A stretch of 64,000 nt of DNA from a virus. The position numbers were made by a program, and so were the translations under genes. Positions 10,476 through 21,450 of this stretch are shown one piece after another. The stretch is from the IMG/VR virus record IMGVR_UViG_3300050120_000115, positions 24,954-88,953 of that record, one strand, 5' to 3'. Position 1 is the stretch's first letter, and each line of letters opens with the position of its first letter. The notes beneath the pieces are model-generated. The model worked only from the letters and a program-made list of their open reading frames with translations. It ran no database searches and was not told the origin of the DNA.

Positions 10476-10841
10476 ATGGGAAGAACTAATTCAGCTAGTA
10501 CTCTTCTTGCTCAGCAATTGCTTAGAATGCATGGTATCACCGCTGACGCTGCTCAGATCACTGGTACATACTACGGAATAGTAGTACAGACTGATGTATC
10601 TCTAGGGCTTGGGTCTTCTTCGCCAATCCCGTCTGGAATGATGACGGTTAACATTCCAAGTCTCGGAGTAAATTCTGTTTCAGATCCTCTACCTTATCCC
10701 GGATCGGTAGCGCCACCACTTGGTACACAGGTGTCAATTGGATTTGATAGTAGTTCATCACCAATAGTACTAGCCCTTTATGGGTTTTCCTCATCATCAG
10801 GTGGGGGATCAGACATCGATCCATTTTTTCTCGGAGGATAA
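10476..10841 (+). CDS. Baseplate spike (gpV-like OB-fold)
   Basis: Y-G-VV...V.IPSLG...PP.GTQV.IGF pattern following the hub. Confidence 0.6.
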   Translation: MGRTNSASTLLAQQLLRMHGITADAAQITGTYYGIVVQTDVSLGLGSSSPIPSGMMTVNIPSLGVNSVSDPLPYPGSVAPPLGTQVSIGFDSSSSPIVLALYGFSSSSGGGSDIDPFFLGG

Positions 10842-10844
10842 TAA

Positions 10845-13535
10845 GTGCTGACTCTTAGCAGCGGACAAACATTACAAGGATCAGCAGTTACCCCATCGGT
10901 GGTAACTTACACCCTTACGGGGTCTTCTTACGTCCCAGGGTCATCTACATATGAGATCCTTGGTCAGGGACAATTGTCTAGTTCCGTAGCCGCCATGTTG
11001 TCTCCTTCAAGTGACTCTGCTCTTATCAGTCACATCCTTCTTGCCAACTCTTCTGCTTCATCCGTTTACATTAGTCTTTATGTAGACGGTACGGCTGGCT
11101 CCAACTTAATTGTTAACCTAAACATTCCCGCTAATGGTTCGGCCACATTCGACCGTGATGGTTGGAAGGTTTATGATTCTAACGGTAGTCTTCAGACTGT
11201 TGGATCTCCAGGTGCTTCTGGACCTACCGGACCTAGTGGTCCTGCAGGTTCATCAGGAGCCTCGGGACCAACCGGACCGGCAGGGGCAACTGGACCATCA
11301 GGCGGTCCCACTGGAGCTACCGGACCGACTGGGGTTACGGGACCGGCAGGAGGTACTGGAAGTACCGGAGGTACTGGTGCCGCTGGATCTGCAGGATCTG
11401 TTGGAGTAACTGGACCCACTGGACCAGCTGGGGTTACTGGGCCGACAGGAGGGACTGGCGGCACGGGAGGAATTGGTGGTATAGGCGTCACTGGAGTAAC
11501 TGGAGCAGGCGTCACTGGAGCGACCGGCCCTACTGGACCTACCGGTGTTACTGGACCTACAGGACCGACCGGAATTACGGGACCAGGATATTCTGGTGTA
11601 ACTTCTACCACATCGTTGCTTATAGCTACCGGTTCTACTACGTGGACGGTAGCGGCCACTCAGGCATATCAAGTCGGCCAGCGCGTTCGCGTGGCATATA
11701 CGACCACTCCTTCAGACTACATGGAAGGAGTAATCACCGCTCTGGTCGCCAACACATCTATAACAGTTTCAGTTGACACGACATCTGGATCTGGAACCTT
11801 TGCATCATGGTCATTCTCTGTAGCAGGACTTGTGGGCGTTACGGGTCCCACCGGACCTACCGGACCCACGGGTGTTACGGGGGGGACGGGCGGAACTGGA
11901 GGTACTGGGGCCGTGGGTGGAGTCGGGGCCACTGGCGTCACGGGAGTGACTGGGGCTGGGGTTACCGGTGTCACCGGAGCAACGGGACCTACTGGTCCTA
12001 CCGGTGTAACGGGAACAACGGGTCCTCAGGGGAACTTCGGGGGAGACGCATTTAATTGGACGTTTTCAACGGCAACAACCTCAACGCCTGCAGCCGGTGT
12101 ATTGAACTTCAACAATGCCACCGTATCTTCGGTCACTAATATTTATGTTAACCAGGCAGACTATCCAACTACTAATGTTTCAACGTGGCTAGCTGCCATG
12201 CGTTCCGGTGGGGTTGTAAAGGTTTACAACAACTCTACTCCAACCCAATTCGCGATATTCACCCTAACCGGCACCCCCTCGCTAACTGGTTCTGTATATA
12301 CCATATCTGTTACTTACGTGACAAACGCCGGTACTATTGACACAACCGCAGGCGACACTGTTCTTAATTACGATATCCCTGGATCAACGGGGGCAACAGG
12401 ACCTACTGGAGTTACTGGTGTTACGGGAGTTACTGGAGGAACAGGTGGAACAGGCGCAGCCGGTGCGGTTGGAGTAACTGGTCCAACCGGAGTAACCGGG
12501 GTAACAGGTGCCACTGGCGCTGGGGCAAGTTCGGTGGGAACAGTTAGAAATACTTCATCCCTACCTGCAACCGCAGCGGCAAATGAGTATACGGTTCTTA
12601 CAGGATCTACCGCTTCAACTACCCTGACGCTTCCAGCATCACCCGCAGGCGGAACTATAAATGCCGTCTTAAACAATGCTACCGTTAGCGCTACCCTGGC
12701 TCCAGGTGCTGGAAACTCTTTAATCATTCTTGGTGGATCGACAGCAAGCATCGTCATACCTCCAAATGGTTATTACGAGATAGTCTACGTTACCTCTACA
12801 ACGACTTGGTATGTTGTTACTGGTAGCCAAGAACGTGAACAGTTGCGCATAGGCTCAACGGCATCCTCAGCGACACCGGCTATCGATACAGATAACTATG
12901 ACGTGTACGAAATAACAGCTCTTGCTGCTACCATTACCGGCTTCACCATGACCGGTACGCCAGCTGATAACGACAAGTTGATGATAAGAATTACCGACAA
13001 CGCCACGGCTCGTGGAATCACTTGGGGTACCTCATTTGAAGCATCCCCAGGGTGTGCGCTGCCAACTACAACTGTAATATCCACTATGTTGACCTGTGGA
13101 TTCATCTACAACGGTTCAACCTCAAAGTGGAGAATTGTAGCAACAGATGCCTCTGTTGGTTCTCCACAGATAAATCAACTAGGTATAAATACTACTGCTC
13201 CTAGTGTAGCTGGAACGGTGGCCACGTCGCCCCCAACTTCGGCAACCATACAAACAGCGTTGGGTAATCTGACCTTAGGAACGGCGTATCATAATACGCT
13301 TTCTTACGATGTTAAAATGACAGTATTCATCGCAGTAACTGCCGACACCTCAATGGTTCTTAAGGATGGGGTTGGCACAACGAATACGCCGACTCAAACT
13401 ACTATAATTACCGGGACTACCGCAACTGGAATTATACCAGTTAATGTAAGAATTCCAACTGGATATTACAGATTACTTTCTATTTCTGGAACCGTAACCG
13501 ACGCTATCGTTGGACAATATTTGGAGGCCGCATAA
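10845..13535 (+). CDS. Collagen-like tail fibre/appendage protein
   Basis: Three Gly-X-Thr triplet tracts (GPT/GVT/GAT) separated by beta-rich globular domains. Confidence 0.8.
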   Translation: MLTLSSGQTLQGSAVTPSVVTYTLTGSSYVPGSSTYEILGQGQLSSSVAAMLSPSSDSALISHILLANSSASSVYISLYVDGTAGSNLIVNLNIPANGSATFDRDGWKVYDSNGSLQTVGSPGASGPTGPSGPAGSSGASGPTGPAGATGPSGGPTGATGPTGVTGPAGGTGSTGGTGAAGSAGSVGVTGPTGPAGVTGPTGGTGGTGGIGGIGVTGVTGAGVTGATGPTGPTGVTGPTGPTGITGPGYSGVTSTTSLLIATGSTTWTVAATQAYQVGQRVRVAYTTTPSDYMEGVITALVANTSITVSVDTTSGSGTFASWSFSVAGLVGVTGPTGPTGPTGVTGGTGGTGGTGAVGGVGATGVTGVTGAGVTGVTGATGPTGPTGVTGTTGPQGNFGGDAFNWTFSTATTSTPAAGVLNFNNATVSSVTNIYVNQADYPTTNVSTWLAAMRSGGVVKVYNNSTPTQFAIFTLTGTPSLTGSVYTISVTYVTNAGTIDTTAGDTVLNYDIPGSTGATGPTGVTGVTGVTGGTGGTGAAGAVGVTGPTGVTGVTGATGAGASSVGTVRNTSSLPATAAANEYTVLTGSTASTTLTLPASPAGGTINAVLNNATVSATLAPGAGNSLIILGGSTASIVIPPNGYYEIVYVTSTTTWYVVTGSQEREQLRIGSTASSATPAIDTDNYDVYEITALAATITGFTMTGTPADNDKLMIRITDNATARGITWGTSFEASPGCALPTTTVISTMLTCGFIYNGSTSKWRIVATDASVGSPQINQLGINTTAPSVAGTVATSPPTSATIQTALGNLTLGTAYHNTLSYDVKMTVFIAVTADTSMVLKDGVGTTNTPTQTTIITGTTATGIIPVNVRIPTGYYRLLSISGTVTDAIVGQYLEAA
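11200..12530 (+). repeat. Coding collagen Gly-X-Thr repeats (three blocks)
   Basis: 9-nt periodic GGN-NNN-ACN repeats at about 11200-11590, 11835-12045 and 12380-12530. Confidence 0.85.
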
Positions 13536-14830
13536 TGTCAACCACACCAATTAACTTAGTAGAGCTTCCTAATAACGCAATGGTAGCTCATAATCATATG
13601 TGGGCAATATATGAGAAAAATTCTTCCGGTCAATACGTAGTTGTTTCTCCGACTAAGAGTGTTCCTATCAACACTCCTTTATACGCCGTCGCTGGATGGG
13701 ATGCTCCTAGACCGGTAAACCCCCCAACAACGTATACTGTTACTTTCAATTCTGAGGGCGGATCAACGTGGCCACCAGAAACGTGCAACGCTGGTCAGTC
13801 GGTCTTAACCGATCTATTGCCCGTTAAAGCGGGGTACACATTCACTGGTTGGTTTAGCGCTCCCACTGGAGGGTCACAGGTTACGTCACCATTTACGCCG
13901 ACTGGCAACGTTACGTTGTACGCGCAGTGGACGCCAAACGCCTTACCCAGCCCGCTTATTCGTGGTGCATACATGGCACCAGCTGACCCGAGCGCGATTG
14001 CTACTTTTGCGTCGCTGACCAAAACTCCGGTAAACCTCGTTGTGGACTACATCCAGGACAACGATGGCTGGCAGGCGGTGGCTGGCGCTAGCGGCAGTAT
14101 CGACTGGTTGCTCAATGCGTGGAAAGTAACACCATATCAACTATGTCTAGCCGTACCCATAATCCCGAGCGATTCATCGGGCAACGCAGTAGGAACATTG
14201 TTATCAGGAGCGAACGGCTCATACAATGCGTACTACACCTCTCTCGCCAAAGTGCTTATAGCGGCAGGTTATGCTAAGTGCTACCTGCGCCTGGGCTGGG
14301 AGTTTGATGGAAGTTGGTACAAGTGGGCGGCGCTTAACCCGACCGATCAAGCGAACTACGCAGCATACTTCCGTCAAATCGTCACGACTATGCGCGCCGT
14401 AGCTGGCGCGGAGTTCCAGTTCATTTGGAATCCCGACGCCTCAGCATTCACACAATCGGGCTACAACGTTGAGTTGGCGTGGCCTGGAGCGCAGTACGTG
14501 GACGTGATTGGACTGGACCTGTACGACTTCAGTTGGAGTTCATCGACTGAAGCGGGCGTGTGGGTTAACTTTTTGTCGCAGATGAACGCCGCCGACGACT
14601 TCGCGACAGCGCAGGGCAAGCCCCTAGCGTTCTGCGAGTGGGGCGTACAGGCGCTCGCTTCACATGGTTTTGCGGATGACCCAACCTATATCACTAACAT
14701 GGTGACGTGGATGAAATCGCACAACGTTGTATTCGAGGCGTACTTCAACGGCGACACCACCAAGGCGCAGGATGCTTATCTTGGCAACTACCCTAATAGC
14801 TTGGCTGCGTTCACTAAAGCATTGGCGTAG
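13535..14830 (+). CDS. InlB B-repeat plus glycoside hydrolase family 26-like protein
   Basis: YTVTFNSEGGS...GYTFTGW...TLYAQW (Listeria-Bacteroides repeat), then LRLGWEFDGSWY, WPG..YVDVIGLDLYD and GKPLAFCEWG GH26 motifs. Confidence 0.8.
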   Translation: MSTTPINLVELPNNAMVAHNHMWAIYEKNSSGQYVVVSPTKSVPINTPLYAVAGWDAPRPVNPPTTYTVTFNSEGGSTWPPETCNAGQSVLTDLLPVKAGYTFTGWFSAPTGGSQVTSPFTPTGNVTLYAQWTPNALPSPLIRGAYMAPADPSAIATFASLTKTPVNLVVDYIQDNDGWQAVAGASGSIDWLLNAWKVTPYQLCLAVPIIPSDSSGNAVGTLLSGANGSYNAYYTSLAKVLIAAGYAKCYLRLGWEFDGSWYKWAALNPTDQANYAAYFRQIVTTMRAVAGAEFQFIWNPDASAFTQSGYNVELAWPGAQYVDVIGLDLYDFSWSSSTEAGVWVNFLSQMNAADDFATAQGKPLAFCEWGVQALASHGFADDPTYITNMVTWMKSHNVVFEAYFNGDTTKAQDAYLGNYPNSLAAFTKALA

Positions 14831-14833
14831 CCC

Positions 14834-15484
14834 GTGGCCGTCGCTTTCGTTCAGAAGGGCGACAGTGGGGTAGCTCCCGGCATTGCTTCTGGCGTAGCCG
14901 GGAATATCCTTCCCACTAACGCGACGGTTGGTAACTGCGTTCTTGTAGCTATAGTTCCGAATACGACCGAAGCGGCGAATAGTTACAGCGTCACTAGCCC
15001 AATGGGGACGTTCGTCAAACTGGGTTCATCGGCCAACTCTGGGTACGACATTGAGTACTGGGGGCTACTCGGTGTCCCCACGGCGTCACGGGCAATCACC
15101 GTCACAACCACGGCTGGCAGGACTTGGTATGGCCAGGGCACCGAGTTCTCAAATGTCGGGTCACTACTAGCGGCGGTCATCAAGACCGGCACCAGCACCG
15201 CGCCAAGTTCGAGCGCTGTGACGGTCCCTGCTGGTGGCGCGATTATCGCAGGTATTAGTACAGCCGGAACAATATCTGCTGCACCATTATCCCCGTGGGT
15301 TGACTACAACGCTGGCGCGTTCATCTTCGCGGACGGAGCTGATACCGCCTACCAGGTGCCAGCGTCAGGTGGATCACTGACCGCAACATGGACCACTGGG
15401 TCGGCGGCGTGGGACGTGATAGCAATTGTTCTGGTTCAGGCTGTTGTTCCATTTACTCAGGGTAGAATGTTTTTAGGGTTCTAA
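14834..15484 (+). CDS. Beta-rich putative tail/virion accessory protein
   Basis: 216 aa Thr/Ala/Gly-rich, MAVAFVQ start typical of fibre-associated domains. Confidence 0.5.
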   Translation: MAVAFVQKGDSGVAPGIASGVAGNILPTNATVGNCVLVAIVPNTTEAANSYSVTSPMGTFVKLGSSANSGYDIEYWGLLGVPTASRAITVTTTAGRTWYGQGTEFSNVGSLLAAVIKTGTSTAPSSSAVTVPAGGAIIAGISTAGTISAAPLSPWVDYNAGAFIFADGADTAYQVPASGGSLTATWTTGSAAWDVIAIVLVQAVVPFTQGRMFLGF

Positions 15485-15525
15485 ACACTTGACAGATGGT
15501 GTAGAATTCCTGGTGGAGGAATAAA

Positions 15526-16530
15526 ATGTCAAAGTTGCATGTCGTTGGATTGCCACATACTTTTGTTACAGAAGAATATTCTGCGTGTGCCTATACCCAA
15601 AAGGTGCGTAAGTTTATTCCTATGATGGAAGCTCAGGGATTTGAGGTTATTCTTCATGATCCCATTTCCCCGGAGGAAAAAATAGGGTTCGGATTCAGCG
15701 GCCCTGAAGACTATCTTAAAATAGACTTTAATAGCGATCTTCCCATGTGGAAATTGCTTAACCAGCGTCTAGTAGAAATACTGAAGGACGCCCCTAGCAC
15801 CGACATTCTTTGTTTGATTACAGGACAGCCTCACGAAGAGTTGGTTAGCGCGCTTAATATGCGAATAGTCGAATTTGGCGTTGGATATCAGGGAGTGCTT
15901 AACGGTTCGTTCAGAGTTTTCGAATCCAACGCTTGGCGTAATTATGTATACGGATCTTACAAAGCAGATGTTAGCTTTTATGATGAGGTTATACCCAACT
16001 ATTATGAGATAGAAAAGTTTCCTGTTGTAGAACAACCTGATGATTATTTTGCTTTTGTCGGTAGGATGACAGATAAAAAGGGATATCGAATAGCAGAAAA
16101 GGTCTGTGAAGATGCAGGGTATGAATTGATACTTGTCGGTCAGGGCGATACACCTTCATATGGAGACTACCGTGGGCTGCTCCCGTATAACGAAACCATA
16201 GAAATTATGGCACACGCTAAAGCATTGTTTGTCCCCACTACTTACATCGCCCCATTTGAGGGTGTTCATATTGAGGCCCAGCTTTGTGGCACCCCTGTAA
16301 TTACAACTGATCAGGGGGTCTTCCAGGAGACTGTAGTAAACGGCTTCAATGGATATCGCTGCAAGATGTATCGAGATTTTGTTGAGGCTAGTGAAAAAAT
16401 ACCCCAACTCGACAGATCTTCAATAGCTTCTTCGGCGCGCTCTAAATACAGCCTTGAGTCTGTCGGAAAACAATATGCAGACTATTTTCTGAGGCTAGAC
16501 ACCTTAAACGGAGCAGGTTGGTACGCCTAA
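15526..16530 (+). CDS. Glycosyltransferase, GT-B fold (GT4-like)
   Basis: FVGRM..KKGY, PF.GVHIEAQLCGTPVITTD.G.F.E.V..G.NG GT4 signature. Confidence 0.85.
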   Translation: MSKLHVVGLPHTFVTEEYSACAYTQKVRKFIPMMEAQGFEVILHDPISPEEKIGFGFSGPEDYLKIDFNSDLPMWKLLNQRLVEILKDAPSTDILCLITGQPHEELVSALNMRIVEFGVGYQGVLNGSFRVFESNAWRNYVYGSYKADVSFYDEVIPNYYEIEKFPVVEQPDDYFAFVGRMTDKKGYRIAEKVCEDAGYELILVGQGDTPSYGDYRGLLPYNETIEIMAHAKALFVPTTYIAPFEGVHIEAQLCGTPVITTDQGVFQETVVNGFNGYRCKMYRDFVEASEKIPQLDRSSIASSARSKYSLESVGKQYADYFLRLDTLNGAGWYA

Positions 16531-16539
16531 ACCGAACCC

Positions 16540-16567
16540 TTGACTTTCGCGATTCTTGTGATAAGAT
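16540..16567 (+). promoter_or_regulatory. SigA-like promoter
   Basis: TTGACT-16 nt-TAAGAT with extended TG, in the intergenic gap. Confidence 0.4.
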
Positions 16568-16594
16568 CTATTAGAAGACTGGATTTCCACGCCC

Positions 16595-17305
16595 ATGGCG
16601 CAACCCATCACTAATTTAACAGCTGATTGGATTCCATCCACAGGGGTGAACCTGCAGTGGACAGCGGCTACTGACGCCACCAACGCCTCCGTATATGAAA
16701 TTTACGTTCTAGAGGACGTTCTGTCATACTCCCCTTCGTGGAATCTGGTAAGTACGTCTTCCCCTTACGTCGTCTCCTCAGCATCCCCTGGAAATGCTGC
16801 TTCTACGCTTTTACAGGTGGTGGCTCCAGCTACTTCCTATACTTTCCCAGCCGCCTCCATATCTGCACTTCAGGGTCCTGGATCTACGGTGGCTCCATCG
16901 TCTTTGGCATTCTTGATTATTCACATTGACTATAGTGGAGCGTCTAGCACCGGAATAAGCGTGTCTGCTTTTCAGGCACCCCAGAATAGACCGTATGGAG
17001 TACCACATTTTCAGAATAGTGTGTCTATCGACAATTTCGGTCAGTTCGATGTTAACCCTCAAGACTCTTACGAAGATGTCTCTTCTTGCGTAGCCGTATT
17101 CTTGGGAACGCTACCGGGACAGCGACCGGTCATTCCAGACTATGGAACACCAGACCTGACCTTCAGTGATCTGGATGTATTGGATATTACCAACAATCTT
17201 GGTATTTATGAGCCTCGCGCTGATGCAAGGATAACAGTTCAAGTGGATGATAACGATAACGCAACCCTGAGTGTACTGGTTCAGGGAATACAGGGCGGAA
17301 CATAA
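16595..17305 (+). CDS. Baseplate wedge gp25/gpW-like protein with N-terminal FN3-like domain
   Basis: C-terminal T.PGQRP..PDYG....F...YEPRA gp25 pattern; N-terminal V.LQWTAATD...Y.IY FN3-like. Confidence 0.7.
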   Translation: MAQPITNLTADWIPSTGVNLQWTAATDATNASVYEIYVLEDVLSYSPSWNLVSTSSPYVVSSASPGNAASTLLQVVAPATSYTFPAASISALQGPGSTVAPSSLAFLIIHIDYSGASSTGISVSAFQAPQNRPYGVPHFQNSVSIDNFGQFDVNPQDSYEDVSSCVAVFLGTLPGQRPVIPDYGTPDLTFSDLDVLDITNNLGIYEPRADARITVQVDDNDNATLSVLVQGIQGGT

Positions 17306-20025
17306 TGGCGAGCACATACATATCACTACCGGTTATCACTGACAGTGATGTTATTGCACAACAGGCAATCGCCAATATTTCCCAGAACCTTCCCGGCTGG
17401 GTTGCGCGCGAAGGGAACCTAGAAGTATTGATTCTAGAGCAAATGGCCCTTGCAGCCGCAGAAGCTGCTACTACTGCTTCAGATGTTCCTAACGAGATCT
17501 TCACATTCTACGGATCTCTTATTGGCATAACCCCAATGCTGGGAACATATGAGACAATTCAAGTTACCCTAACTTTGGTTAGCCCAGCTGCCGGAAGTCC
17601 TGGTTACCAGATTCCTGCCGGGACACAAATGGGATTTTACTTTGCCGGAGCGTCTTATGTTTTTGAGACGATGACAGATTCACTTATTACCACGGGTGGT
17701 AGCAGTATCTCTTTGACTGTGCGAGCTGTTGCGGTTGGCTCTGTATACGATCTAGATACACTGTCTTCGACTAGCGGCCTAAATCTTACTAGTCTTTACC
17801 TTCAGTTAAGTAACAGTGATCCTTTGGTTTCTATAATTGAGCTTACGTCTACTCCCGCAACCAACGCTAACTTGATCTTAGGGACGGACCCCGAAAGCAG
17901 CACGTCGTTCCTAAATCGCTTGAGTGCGGAACTACAGCTCCTTGCTCCGCGTCCTATCACATCATCAGACTACTCATTATTCTCCCAAAATGTTGCTGGA
18001 ATATATCGCGCTCTTTCCATAGACGGTATCAACCCATTCAGTAACCTTATGTCAGTAACTAATGCCAATCCTACTCTTATGGCGACATCTGGTAGCATCC
18101 CATCTGGATGGGTCGGAGTAGGAGATGGTGGAACTAATCTCGCGGCTTTGAGTACCCCAGGGACATCTCCTTCTAACTACGTGGCAGTAACAACTGCTGC
18201 TTCAGCTCTAACATCTCTTGCTCCCTTTGAGGCCGCTAGCATAGTCGGAGCTACATCTATTACTATTACAACCGGCACTGGTCCTGCTATAAGTACTTCA
18301 GCAAGTCCTACCAATCCTGCTGTGGTTATAATAATTGATACGGTCAACGGCAACGAGGTATCCCTAGTAACGGCTGCGGCTGCGACAACGGGTTCTGGCG
18401 CTACCACACAGCAGGTGCTCACTTTAGGGGCTCCCCTTGGATATGCCCACAGTACATCAGCCACTCTTTCGGTAGCCCAGGGTGCTGATCTACCTCTTGT
18501 GGGATCAACCCCAGGATCTCCCGGCATTACTGCCGCTAACTCAAAATACTACCAGGCATCGGCAGTGATACAGTGCGGTTCAGACACAACCGCAACTGCA
18601 AAGCCACATATAGTAGCCCTGGCTACCTACCTTGATGGATCTACACGAGTATTCTCTAGTCACCCACAATTTACTAGTGGATTATTCGATTACACAGCCT
18701 CACCTAAGACCATTCTTTGCAATATTCCAACGGTAAATTCGTCTAGTTCTAACTACCTAGCCGGTTCTGCTAATGCTCCATACAATACCCTTAAGCCATC
18801 TTTGGTATCAGTTAAAACATTTGTAGTGTGGACCGTTGCCGGAACTTCCAAAACTCACTACATCTATTACGACAGCGTAGCAGCTACTCCACAACAGTTT
18901 CAGGACGATGATCAGCCAACTATATCTACAAGTTACTGGAACTTTATTCCAGATCCTAATCTATCTAGTTACTATTTTGCTAATTCAGCCCTAGGATCGT
19001 GGAGCGTTCCTTCTGGGGTTACTGTTATTCCTGGATTCGGATTTCAGTACCTTGGAACTGGCTCGGCTTTAGGAAGTAATCTAACAGTAACTTCACAGAT
19101 TTTTAATTTATCTAATGTTTCTTCAGATAACCCTGGTGTTACTACTAGAAATTATACAGCGTTTGCTACAGTAGACGCATCGTACACTGGTTCTAATTTT
19201 GGTAACATTAACGTAGAGGTATGGGACCTTAGTACTGGAGCCATCTTAACCACCGGCAGTGGCCCCACAAATGTTTCAGTTTCTCCTGCTTCCCCTATTT
19301 TGAGTACCCTAACCATTCCGTTTACCCTTACCACCGCAAAAGATGTTGAAGTAAGAATAGTATTTGGTACGGGACTTAATGTTCCCCTAAACTCTAGTGT
19401 GGTGATTTCAAATATTGGAATTATGGGTGGAACTCAGACTGCTGCGTACTGCACGTCAAAAAACGATGGTGGGTATTCATGGACCCAGGGTGGTCTGTAC
19501 TCAACTCAGGTGTTCAATTATCCACGAATGATTTCAATATGTCCCATAGATGTAAATGGAATTGGTGTAATAGATTCTGTCAATGACAATCTTATTTCCT
19601 ATCTTCAATCTCGACGTGAAATTAACTTTGTTACCAATGTCCTTCAGCCCAACTATTTACCTATTGATATTTCTTGGAGTGCCTATGTCGAAGCTGGATA
19701 CAGTGCAGCTACAGTACAGACGGCTGTCAACGCTGCTATAAGAAACTTCTTAAATCCAGCTACATGGGCTAATGGGCAGGGTAACCCGCCATCGTGGGAC
19801 GGATCTCAAACTACTATTCGTATATTTGACATAGCTTCGGCCATGAGCCAGGTACAGGGTCTGGGTAGTATTACTGCTGTTACTACTCGTCCGTCGTGGC
19901 CAATCTCTGGATCATATGGGACTTCAGACATTGTGATGATTGGCATAGCCGGTCTTCCTATAGCTAATAACATAACTTCCAGTATTCTTACCTCTACTCT
20001 CGCTGCATTTTCTGGATTAACCTAA
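17305..20025 (+). CDS. Baseplate J-like wedge protein with large internal insertion
   Basis: N-terminal W...EGN.E..ILE...IPAGT...F.T...G.D.ES...F..R...RPIT..DY and a C-terminal J domain, separated by ~500 aa of beta-rich sequence. Confidence 0.8.
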   Translation: MASTYISLPVITDSDVIAQQAIANISQNLPGWVAREGNLEVLILEQMALAAAEAATTASDVPNEIFTFYGSLIGITPMLGTYETIQVTLTLVSPAAGSPGYQIPAGTQMGFYFAGASYVFETMTDSLITTGGSSISLTVRAVAVGSVYDLDTLSSTSGLNLTSLYLQLSNSDPLVSIIELTSTPATNANLILGTDPESSTSFLNRLSAELQLLAPRPITSSDYSLFSQNVAGIYRALSIDGINPFSNLMSVTNANPTLMATSGSIPSGWVGVGDGGTNLAALSTPGTSPSNYVAVTTAASALTSLAPFEAASIVGATSITITTGTGPAISTSASPTNPAVVIIIDTVNGNEVSLVTAAAATTGSGATTQQVLTLGAPLGYAHSTSATLSVAQGADLPLVGSTPGSPGITAANSKYYQASAVIQCGSDTTATAKPHIVALATYLDGSTRVFSSHPQFTSGLFDYTASPKTILCNIPTVNSSSSNYLAGSANAPYNTLKPSLVSVKTFVVWTVAGTSKTHYIYYDSVAATPQQFQDDDQPTISTSYWNFIPDPNLSSYYFANSALGSWSVPSGVTVIPGFGFQYLGTGSALGSNLTVTSQIFNLSNVSSDNPGVTTRNYTAFATVDASYTGSNFGNINVEVWDLSTGAILTTGSGPTNVSVSPASPILSTLTIPFTLTTAKDVEVRIVFGTGLNVPLNSSVVISNIGIMGGTQTAAYCTSKNDGGYSWTQGGLYSTQVFNYPRMISICPIDVNGIGVIDSVNDNLISYLQSRREINFVTNVLQPNYLPIDISWSAYVEAGYSAATVQTAVNAAIRNFLNPATWANGQGNPPSWDGSQTTIRIFDIASAMSQVQGLGSITAVTTRPSWPISGSYGTSDIVMIGIAGLPIANNITSSILTSTLAAFSGLT

Positions 20026-20043
20026 AGCATCCTAAGGATCTTC

Positions 20044-21450
20044 ATGTCTATAGATAGTGTAAATAACTTTGTTACAACTCTAGTGGAAACACCACCATCT
20101 CCGTTCATCTCTGGAACGTCAATGTTCGTTAGAACAGGTGATGGTGCCCTGATGCCAACACCTCCGTTCAACCTAACGGTGTCACCCCCTGGTGTGGCCG
20201 CTAATGCATATAATGCTGAAATAGTTAGGGTTACCGCTATATCTGGTGACCAGATTACCAACATGACCAGAGGTGTGGAAAGTTCTATAATTCAGAATAT
20301 ACAGGCTGGATGGACGGTAAATCAAAGTATTACCGCTGGACTTATTGCAGAAATCGAAGCAGCAATTGCTGCTGGTGGAGGCGGTGGGGGCGGTGGCGGA
20401 GGTGCTGTATCTAGCGTATTCGGCAGAACTGGAGCAGTGATACAGACCATCGGTGATTACGGTGTCGGTCAAGTTACGGGAGCTGCCCCATCGGCATCTC
20501 CTTCGCTCACCGGAACGCCCACTGCGCCCACTGCGCCTGCGTTGACTAACAGCACACAGATATCTACAACCGCATACACCGATGCAGCAGTTTCTGTAGA
20601 AAAAGCACGAGCAATAGCCGTAGAGGTAGGATTCGTCTCGTCTGCTTCTCCAGCTTTGACGGGAACACCTACGGCCCCAACTAATAGTACGGTTACGGAT
20701 TCTACCACACAGATAGCTACAGATGCTTTTGTTCAGGCCGCAGTTACTAATGGAGTAACTGGCGGTCCATCTATATTTACAGCGAGCGGAACATGGACAC
20801 CATCAACGACCGGTCAGCAATTGTTCATGGCTACTGTTGTCGGGGGGGGTGGAGGAAGTGGGGTCGCGTCTACTACCTATGGCGCTGGTGGCGGGGGGGG
20901 CGGAGAAGTATTAGCTAACTTCTACCTAGGACACGTAACCACATCTCAAACTATTACTATAGGGGCCGGTGGAACCCCTGGTAATTCTGGTGGTAATACT
21001 ACCATAGGTTCCTTAGCTACTGCTAAGGGTGGTTTCGCTGGCTCTACACAGAATGGTGGCCCTGGGGGTGCTTGTCCTCAGGCATATAATTCAACCAGCC
21101 CTGGGGCCGGTGGACAGGGGTCTTCAAGTACTAATGGTTCATTTGGATACAGTGGCCTATTCAGATTTGGCTCTGGTGGTGGTGGTGGTGGATTTCATGC
21201 TTCCACCGGAGGGGTAGGTGGTGGACCACTGGGTGCTACCTACGGCGCTGGGGTAACTGGCGCTGGTGGCGGAGGTGGATCTGGAGACGCAGGTTCTGCT
21301 GGGGGTGCCGGGGTCGGTACTGTTGGCGGTGCGGGTGGATCAGCTTTGGCCAATAGTGGCTCTGGCGGTGGTGGCGGAGGAGCGGGAACGACCCCTGGAG
21401 CCGGTGGAAATGGTGGTTCTGGATATATAATCGTTTGGCAGGTTGCATAG
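20044..21450 (+). CDS. Gly-rich tail fibre protein
   Basis: VSSVFGRTGAV, duplicated SP.LTGTPTAPT...TQI.T.A motifs and a C-terminal Gly-rich domain (GGGGG...G.GGSG.IIVW). Confidence 0.8.
   Translation: MSIDSVNNFVTTLVETPPSPFISGTSMFVRTGDGALMPTPPFNLTVSPPGVAANAYNAEIVRVTAISGDQITNMTRGVESSIIQNIQAGWTVNQSITAGLIAEIEAAIAAGGGGGGGGGGAVSSVFGRTGAVIQTIGDYGVGQVTGAAPSASPSLTGTPTAPTAPALTNSTQISTTAYTDAAVSVEKARAIAVEVGFVSSASPALTGTPTAPTNSTVTDSTTQIATDAFVQAAVTNGVTGGPSIFTASGTWTPSTTGQQLFMATVVGGGGGSGVASTTYGAGGGGGGEVLANFYLGHVTTSQTITIGAGGTPGNSGGNTTIGSLATAKGGFAGSTQNGGPGGACPQAYNSTSPGAGGQGSSSTNGSFGYSGLFRFGSGGGGGGFHASTGGVGGGPLGATYGAGVTGAGGGGGSGDAGSAGGAGVGTVGGAGGSALANSGSGGGGGGAGTTPGAGGNGGSGYIIVWQVA

Noticed and set aside
11134-12757. 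Long alternate-frame and antisense ORFs (e.g. 11192-11659, 12368-12757) and a periodic repeat that could be mistaken for an array
   Set aside because: Shadows of the Gly-X-Thr collagen codon repeat; there is no repeat-spacer structure, so it is not CRISPR.
15489-15507. TTGACA...TAGAAT upstream of the glycosyltransferase
   Set aside because: Spacer is only 7 nt; not a valid -35/-10 pair.
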